Shown here: positions 55,895 to 64,000 of the stretch, in pieces
Position numbering within the stretch: position 1 is the first letter of the stretch
How the letters are laid out: each line of letters begins with the position of its first letter
Assembly (NCBI GenBank): GCA_964016885.1
Contig: OZ024744.1
Span: 62,496,001-62,560,000 of the forward strand
DNA: 64,000 bases
Direction of reading: 5' to 3'
Origin: Eledone cirrhosa
Taxonomy: Eukaryota
Notes under the pieces: model-generated
What the model saw: the letters and a program-made list of their open reading frames with translations, nothing else
Told to the model about the DNA's origin: nothing
Databases searched by the model: none
Made by a program: the position numbers and the translations under genes

Positions 55895-56000
55895 CTACTT
55901 TTGGCACAAGGCCAGCAATTATCTCAGTGTATTACTGGTACTTTAATTTATCGACTCTGTAAGGATGAAAGGCAAAGTTAACCTCGACGGGATTTAATTT
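55895..56000 (-). mobile_element. Fragment of an abundant SINE (related pieces ~56650-56730, ~61135-61210, ~63350-63430, ~14860-14910)
   Basis: Shared tactggtacttt..ttatcgac....aaggatgaaaggcaaagttgacct motif. Confidence 0.65.
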
Positions 56001-56934
56001 AAAGAAATATAATGATTTCTTATATTTGCCACAGGGACATCAGATGAAGAGAACATTACAGAGCCATGTTACGTAAAGTGTGGGGGTTTACATAGTATAC
56101 TAATAACGTATTCAATGTTCCCGATACAACGGGACCTCAAACAAGGAACCCCACAGATCCACAACCACCTTGGTAGTTGTTTGTTTAATATAGTAGTAAT
56201 ATTGGGATACTTTAGTTTTAAGTGTTTATCATCATTTCATTTTATGTCCGCTTTTTCCCTGCTTGCAAGGGTGGGACGTTTATATTTATATTTATCTAAA
56301 AGCATTCCATCATAATTTTATGAAAGAGCCTTTATGATCCAAACACAAGTTTGACAAGAGACTGATAAAATAAGTATTTGGGTTGATATGTTCACAGTCC
56401 TTCCAGCATGAAGGCCAACTGAAGATACGTCTAATAGACTCAAACTACTAGAAATCATGATATAATACAAAAAAAATAATAATAAATAAAATAAAAAAAG
56501 GAAAGGAGCTAATTATCTGAGCAAACAAAGGAAACTGTTTCTCTCGGTCTTCTATAGTTGATACTATTAGCTGGTTACAATTCCTGGCTGAAGGAGACAG
56601 GATTTGAACTCAGAATGGACAGAGCAAGATCACATACTTCAAAGCATCCCCAGGACTGATACTTTATTTACTGACCTCTCTGAAAAGTTGAAAGGCAAAA
56701 GTTGACTTCAGCAGGATTTCAACACAGAGCCAGAACAAATACCAAAGCATTTAATCTGCCAATTCGCAGTATGACATAACACTTTACTAGTCCTTTAGTT
56801 GTTGGACAACAAATTCTTACCTCTGTGCTAAATCCTCTATCCAACACCCAATAGAGCCATAATATAACAGTTCTTGTTACAGCTCATAACTATGTAGGTT
56901 TAGCTGGCTTCCTATGAGATTATATCACACAGGA

Positions 56935-57975
56935 GGTTTGGGGGCATTTTAAAGATAGCAGCTCTAGTTCTCTGGCTGACTCATCTGTGTTGGGTGGCCT
57001 GTTTCTCTGGAAAGACTCCTAAACAATGACAATCGGGAATGATAATCCCAATTATCAAAAAGGGAGGCAAGAGAGTTTGTTCCCATTACAGAGGGATTCC
57101 TTTTTAAGCCTCCCCAGTAAAGTCTAAGCTAAGTGTCTGGCAAAGAGATGCGGGGAGATTGTTGAGCCCAAGTTAGCTGATGAACAGTGTGGTTTTTGCA
57201 CTAGACACAGCACAGATGACCAAATATTCACACTGCAGCAGGTCTTTGAGAATCCCTGAGAGTATTGCCAAGAGGTGTATTCCTGTTTTGTCAATCTTGA
57301 GAAGGCATATGACCATATTCCTCGGGGCCTGCTGTGGAAGGTTGTGCAGGAGTATGTGATCAATGGTCAACTCCTTGCTGCCCTGATGTCTCTATACAAA
57401 TGTCCAAGCATTTGTGTTCAGATAAAGGGTGCGTTTTGCCACCTCTTCTGTTCATTATTTGCATGATCAGGATTGACATGCGCATCCAGGTTGGAAGTGG
57501 TACCATGACTGGCAAGTGGAAAATCAGTTGGCTGGAATTGATCTCCGACATGCACATGATAGGTTTGATGCAGAGTACCAAATTCAACATTCAGTAATCA
57601 GAAGGAAGATAGGTGTAAAAGTCAAACTCGCTATCTTGGATTTGAATCTTGAGTAATGACTGGAAGAATACAATTGCAAATACAAGTAGCCATAATGGGG
57701 TCCTTCTGAAGGGTCTTTGGAGTACCATTACTCCATGTAGAGCTGTTACTTTTCCAAATTGAGAGATCACAGCTCCGATACTATGGGCATGTGGTTAGAA
57801 TGTCTCATGAAAGAATCGTTGGACAGATTTTACAGGCAAAACCTACAGGTAGACCCCGAGCAAGATAGTTGGATAACATCCATGAGCTTTGCTGATCTCG
57901 CTTGGGGATCAGCTAGATCAGTTGGAGACGCTGGCTTCTGACAGGACCCACTCAAGAATAAGTGGGTGAAAAAGA
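56935..57975 (+). mobile_element. Degenerate Expander/Rex3-like RTE
   Basis: IIPIIKKGGKRVCSHYRGI, EQCGF, CFVNLEKAYDHIPR, GCVLPPLLF; 3' part similar to 52490-52800. Confidence 0.8.
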
Positions 57976-58069
57976 AGCTCCAGTTCTATCATGAGATAAA
58001 CCCTATATTTTTCTATCAAATTTCATTCGTCACATAATAAAAATAAAATTAAAAATTGCTATCTGTTTG

Positions 58070-58102
<33 letters not shown>

Positions 58103-58394
58103 TCAAAAAAAAAATCTAAGAATATTTTTTTTAATTTGTGTGAAAACAAGTCAATAAAAACAATTAAATTGCCAATATGTTAATTGCTATTACAAACATA
58201 CTCCCAAAGCCTCATAAAAATGTTAAAAATGGATTTTCAATGTTCCACCACCATATGCCTAAATTTCTCAATTTATCTATGTACACACACAAATATACAC
58301 AAGTAAAAGAGAATTAGAAATACATGCACATGCAAGAATTATTACTCTTGATTTCTGAAACATGAACATTAAAATAAAAATACAACATAATCCA

Positions 58395-58725
58395 CAACAC
58401 ATCATATATGTGTGTTACTAACACATATATGATTACTGACACATACAAAGTGTTGTTGACACATATGATGTGTTGTTGACACATGTGATGCTAATACACT
58501 ATATATGTGCTACTAACACATATAAGATGTTGTTGACAAATCATATGTCAGCAACATATCATGTGTTACAAACAGATATATGATGTATTTCAGACACATG
58601 ATGTGTTGTTGATACATATGTGGTGCTAACACACCATGTGTGTGTTGAAAACACATCTAAGGTCTGTTGCTAACACATGTAAGGTGAGTTGCTAACACAT
58701 CTAGGGTGTGTTGCTAACCCATAAT
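58395..58725. repeat. Degenerate ~20-bp minisatellite (tgtgttgttgacacatatga)
   Basis: Roughly 15 imperfect tandem units visible. Confidence 0.8.
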
Positions 58726-59410
58726 CTGTTACCAATTGTAGTTATTTTGTATCTTCCTTTCTCTCTCTCTCTCTCTCTCTTTTTTTTTGTTTACAAAACT
58801 CGTTTATTCAAGCCAGTAATTATATTAATTCTTAAGTAAATTTTCACTTAATCCTTTTAATACCAACCACCTGAAACTGCCTCTTGTTCTATGAAACAAA
58901 AATCATCCTATTTTAAAGGGTTCATACTTAAATGAAAATCTTCCAACATAATTTTATATAGAAACTATATATTAAGTTAATATCTTAGTCATCAAATAAT
59001 CAATTTTAGTAAATCCCTCAATATGTTTTCATTAATTAATTGAAATAGAGTGTATTTCATTAGAAAAAAACTCCCAACATGATTTTTTTGTAAGAATTCT
59101 TTTTATCAAATTAGATTAATTAGAATTTAGAAACATGTATTTCTTTTAAAATATTGTTATGAAAAAGGTTAAACATCGGTTAACTGAAATATCATGATTA
59201 ATTAAAACATGTTTAATGATTAATACCTTTAAGATGATAAATTTGCATTCAATCAAGAAGATACTAAACATTTTTTAAATATAAAAGAAAGAATAGAAAT
59301 TTTACCACTCATTTTAAAAATTTAGTAAGGATAAACTGTTGACTGTTCTAACATGGCCACTACCAACTGCCTAAAACCAGTAAACAAATGGTTTTGCAAA
59401 TTGAGACATT

Positions 59411-59639
59411 TTAACCTTTTAGCATTTAAACCAGCTATATCTTGCTAGAATCCTCTCACTTCTTTCTATTCAAACCAGCCGTAACCAGCAACTCATACTG
59501 ATATTAAGGTACTGTTCTCAAAATAAATAATATCAAAATCTCATAGATTCAATATCATGTGAGATGATTATGTGGGGTAAATCCTTTACCATTAAAATAC
59601 AACAGTATATAGAGAGTAATGTGAATGCTAAAGGGTTAA
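59411..59639. mobile_element. piggyBac-type MITE, family 1
   Basis: TTAACCTTTTAGCATTTA ... AATGCTAAAGGGTTAA. Confidence 0.82.
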
Positions 59640-60081
59640 TCAGTAAAATGAAATTTACTGAAATAATCACACCAAATATTTTTGTAGCTACACATTTCAG
59701 TTTCTCATGTATGAATTTCAGAGTGGTGCTTATTTCCAAACATGAATTAATAACTAATCAATTATTAGTAGTTTGTGAATTTGCAAATTGAATTAAATTA
59801 TAAAAAGAATTTTAACACTTTGATACTAAACTGCCTGTGGTTCTATGATTTAAAATTTTCTTTAAAAGTGTTTATATTTTATCTAAAAACCTTTCATCGT
59901 AATTTTATCTAAAAAAAACTCTTTCTTCCATTATGTTCCAAACACCAACTAAATAAGAAAATTGTTTATATTACTGATTACTTCCAAAATCTTGATTATT
60001 TTCATACTGATTAGAAATATCATAAAGAAGGGATTAAAGTGAATATTTTTATCTAAACATATTTTAAAGTAAGAATATGCT

Positions 60082-60301
60082 TTAACCCTTTAGCATTTAA
60101 ACTGACTGTATCTGGCCAGAATTCTCTCACCTCTTTCTGTTCAAATTGGCCATAACCAGCCACTGTTAAGGTATTGTTCTCAAAATAAATAATATCAAAA
60201 TCTCATATATTCAATATTATGTGAGATAATTATGAGAGGTAAATCCTTTACCGTGAAAATATAGTAGTATATATAGAGAAATGTAAATGATAAAGAGTTA
60301 A
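60082..60301. mobile_element. piggyBac-type MITE, family 1
   Basis: TTAACCCTTTAGCATTTA ... TAAATGATAAAGAGTTAA. Confidence 0.82.
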
Positions 60302-60761
60302 ATTATGTTCCAAATGCCTACTGAACTCTTTCATAACCATATTTCTAATGAAATATACTATTTCAATTAATTATTTTATAGTAACTTAACATATGGTTCT
60401 TATATAAAATTATGCTGGAAGGTTTTAATTCAAATAGCCAGTTTTGGCTGAGTTGGTAATGAAAGAATTAATGATGAGTTACTAAATCTCTCCAAATATT
60501 TAAATATCGTAGGTAGTGTCCTTCATTAAAAATCAGGTAATGAAGTTCACATTTATTAGCAATGTTGATGAAAGTGAAAACAACTAAAGTCATTCAGATA
60601 TTTTCCATGTTTATCTTTTGATGTAGCTTTCAATTTTCTGGAGGTTATACTGGAGGGTTTTTACCAACCATCCCCCCAAAAGAGTACAGATAAAAAAGCA
60701 ATCATCAGATCAGCCCAAGGAAACCGTTTCTACTAGTTTTTCTATAGCTAACATTGTCTTG

Positions 60762-61005
60762 TGGAGGCACATGGCCTAGTGGTAAAGGTGTTGAACTTAT
60801 GGTCATAATGTTGTGGGTTTGATTCCTGGGCTGGGTTGCATGTTGTGTTCTTGAGCAAAACACTTCATTTCATGCTTCTCCAGTATACTTAGCTGAAAAT
60901 GAGTGCCAGCAATGGACCGGCGTCCTGTCCAGGGCAGAATCTTGTACTCTCAGTCGCTTCACACCATGAAACAGGAATAAGCACTGGCCTAACGAGCCTT
61001 AAATG
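60762..61005 (+). mobile_element. Older tRNA-CORE SINE with a different tail (related copy ~62470-62725, minus strand)
   Basis: GGAGGCACATGGCCTAGTGG head, GGTTTGATTCC B box, ttcttgagcaaaacactt...ctgaaaatgag CORE-like segment. Confidence 0.75.
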
Positions 61006-62020
61006 GCTTAATATTGTCTGCTGTTTGTTACTTCTGACAGGAGGACGAAGTATTTGAATTCAGAATACACTGAACTGAATAGGATACTGAAATAAACCCC
61101 TCCTGTCCTTTTAATAATTCTACTAATCCACTGCCCCTGGACTGGCATTTTACTTTATCAACTCAGAAAGGATGAAAAATAAAGCTGACCACAACAAGAT
61201 TTTAACTCTCATTGCTTGGTTTTAGCAGACAGTTTAATATACAAGCTGCTCAGTGGAGAAGCACAACTAAATGCTAATAACTTTTGAACCTTAATGACAC
61301 AAGGATAAGGAAATAACAGAACTGAAGAAGGAGGAGGTTCTATATAAAGTTCATTGACCTGCTAGAAATAACTGCTAAATCTGTCTCTACTTCCTACTTT
61401 TGTCTTTTTAAAAAGGAGATGTACGCACCCAGAATAATGTAATCCTGAATACATTTTAGCCGAACCAAAGATGGTAATATCTTTCACTAAAGACAGCTCA
61501 ATCTATGGATGTAAAATAATGATGATATATGTGTGCATGTGTTTGAGTGTTAACCAATAGGTTCCAGGTCTGATCACACTACATGGCATCTAGACAAATG
61601 TCATTTACCAGTCTCAGATCGACCTATACCTTGTGAGTGACACCAGGTAGACGGAAACTGTTTGGAAGCCTGTAGGATGGACTACTGTGCCTGTTATCCA
61701 AAAGAGCAGTCTTGTCAGACACCGTGTCATGCTGCATCTCCCTGAGAATTATGTTAAGGGTAATTATGTAAGAGAATTCGTCATCATCACCGTTTTACGT
61801 CCGTTCTTCCACGCTAGCATGGGTTAATGTCTGTGAAATGCTCAGTTACATGTTAATTTCATGAGCAGGCTGTTCCGTTGAATGAACAACTGGAACACAC
61901 ATTGACGAAACTGATGGAGATACACAATGCATTCTATTTCATGTTATATTGACTCTGCCAAGTTGCCACCTAATCAGCAAGAATGGATGTCACTAATTAC
62001 TGAAAACTGGTGGGAGGGCT

Positions 62021-62236
62021 TTAACCCTTTAGCATTTAAACTGGCCATATCCGGCCAGAATTCTCTCACCTCGTTCTGTTCAAACTGCCAATAACTGGCT
62101 GCTTATACAAACGTTAAGGTATTATTTTTAAAATAAATAATATCATCATCAAAATCTGATAGATTTGATATTATGTGAGGTAAAGCCTTTACCACGAAAA
62201 TACAATAGTAGAGTAATGTAAATGCTAAAGGGTTAA
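62021..62236. mobile_element. piggyBac-type MITE, family 1
   Basis: TTAACCCTTTAGCATTTA ... TAAATGCTAAAGGGTTAA. Confidence 0.87.
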
Positions 62237-64000
62237 AATAGCTTTCATTCTCATTCTAACAATAAAATCGTGTTTAGGGAAAACAAAAAAATATAAACAA
62301 AACAAATTTTTTCTATTGAACCACAACATATATGATATGAGACTAAAATATAGAGAACTTCAGTACAAGAGAAAGTGAATAACAGTGCTGAGTGTGCAAG
62401 AGCAAGTTAAAATAAAAAAAAGAAAAGGTGTAAAAGAGAAAATAGTTTTAATATATGTTAAAAAAGGTCAAAGTCTGCACCAAGACTGGAGGCTCATCAG
62501 GCCAAAGCTTATCCTAGTTTCAGAGGTGTTAAGTAACTAAGAACACAAGACTCCCTCTGGACAAGATGATAGCCCACTGCAGAGTTAAATCCAAGCTGTA
62601 GCTGGTACTCATTTTCAGTTGAGTAGACTGGAGTAATGCGAAGGGAAGTATCTTGTTTAAGAACACGATATACTGCTCTAACCAAGAATCAAACAACCTA
62701 ATCTCTAGGCCATACATCTTCACATGAAATTATTAATATTATATATATATAAAGAATTTTCTTAATGATTATTTCAAAAATAAGACAGTTCCAGCTCTTT
62801 TTGACACTAACCATTTTAGTTGCCTCTCACAGCACACAAGGAAACAGTGTAACTATTCTGTGTGTGTGTGTATATATATATAAATCATTATGATATTTCT
62901 AATGAAATACAATCTATTTCAATGAATTCATGAAGAATGAAGAATTTTGGGCAATTTACTAAAATTATTCATTATTTCATTATTAAGTTAGTAACTTAAC
63001 ATATAATTACTTATATAAATTGTCAGAAGATTTTTAATTTACAGGAATCCTTTAAAGTGGGTGGGTTTGTTTCATAGAACCAGAATTTGTTTTGGCCAGG
63101 GTGGTATCAAAACGGTTAATAATGTTGCCTCTGATATTACTAACTCTTTACCACATCAGTTAAACTTTTAGGGGTACAAATCCTCTCTTTTCTTTGTCAC
63201 TCTTAATATCCATTTATCGATGGGTCTGCAACTCCTGGAGTTGTAGGGGTACTGTCATGGCATATGGCATGACTTAGATATTTAAACTGGGAGGAATTCA
63301 TTAATTTCTCCAAGAGAAAGAAAAGAGAAGAAGAATCAACCCCATTACTTGACTGGTAATTTATTTTATCAACCTCAAAAGGATGAATGGCAAAGTTGAC
63401 CTTGGTGAGATTTGAACTTGGAGCACAGAGAGTGGGAAGAAACACTGTAAAGTAAATTAAGCCATATTATGCTCTCAACCACTCATTGGACCTATGTCAG
63501 CTCAAACAACTTTGTTAATAATGCAATGATATAAACAAGCATTGAACACTATTTCCAATAGTAAAGGTAATGTTAATGAGATTTCTTACTTTCAAAAGAA
63601 AGATAATAGTTTATCTTGAGAGAGAGAAAGAGAGAGAGAGAGAGATAGGGAGAGAGCGAGGGGGGGGGGGGGCATTATTGCATTAAATGTAACTGAAAGA
63701 AAGAAAATCTTTTTTAATTAAGGATCGTAAAACAAGGAATACTACTGTGGTTATATATGGTTTATACTATTTATATACATTGATGTCAGGTCAATGTTGA
63801 GTGCTACTGATAACATGTAATCACAAGGTTGGGTCATTGGTGACTAAACCAGCAATCCCACCAAACCCAGGAGATTCAATAGTGTGTAAAAAAAAAAACA
63901 GGTTGACAGATCTTGTTAGTTATGGTTGGCAGTCTGTCTAGGAGAAAGATCACTGATTTCATAACTAAGGTAGATATGAATCCTTAGTCACCTTAGTGAA

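Noticed and set aside
56821-56875. Candidate upstream BCKDK exon ending ...WIEDLAQ(R)|GTAAGA
   Set aside because: Good donor and phase, but weak acceptor and no match to the expected P.FVGII...SP region. The true exon is probably outside the window.
58395-58725. Regularly spaced short repeats suggestive of a CRISPR array
   Set aside because: Degenerate head-to-tail units with no unique spacers, in a eukaryotic context: a minisatellite.

Overview
AT-rich metazoan genomic DNA. The repeat landscape ((AT)n/(ATAC)n arrays, RTE LINEs with (GAT)n tails, tRNA-CORE SINEs) suggests an octopus/coleoid cephalopod; this is inference. The only host gene found is on the minus strand: the last four coding exons of branched-chain ketoacid dehydrogenase kinase (BCKDK; 51683-51555, 51073-50984, 18006-17842, 17070-16926), all GT-AG and phase-consistent. 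Its upstream exons were not found in the window. The ~33 kb intron 18007-50983 is almost entirely (~19.2-50.7 kb) a patchwork of retroelement pieces separated by long TA-type microsatellites: three RTE families (called A, B, C here), a BovB-like RTE with C-terminal C2H2 fingers, a CR1-group LINE, CORE-SINEs and Penelope terminal remnants. Other repeats include a GC-rich CRE-like (RLE) retrotransposon, an Hsmar2-like mariner and piggyBac-type MITEs. The most notable signals are: two structurally complete type I hammerhead ribozymes plus several decayed ones in Penelope-type foldback remnants; a C4HC3 PHD finger inside the RT domain of the RTE families; a four-part chimeric SINE whose LINE donors both lie in this window; and the microsatellite-centred insertion sink itself. 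The long YI/IY-repeat ORFs are microsatellite artefacts.
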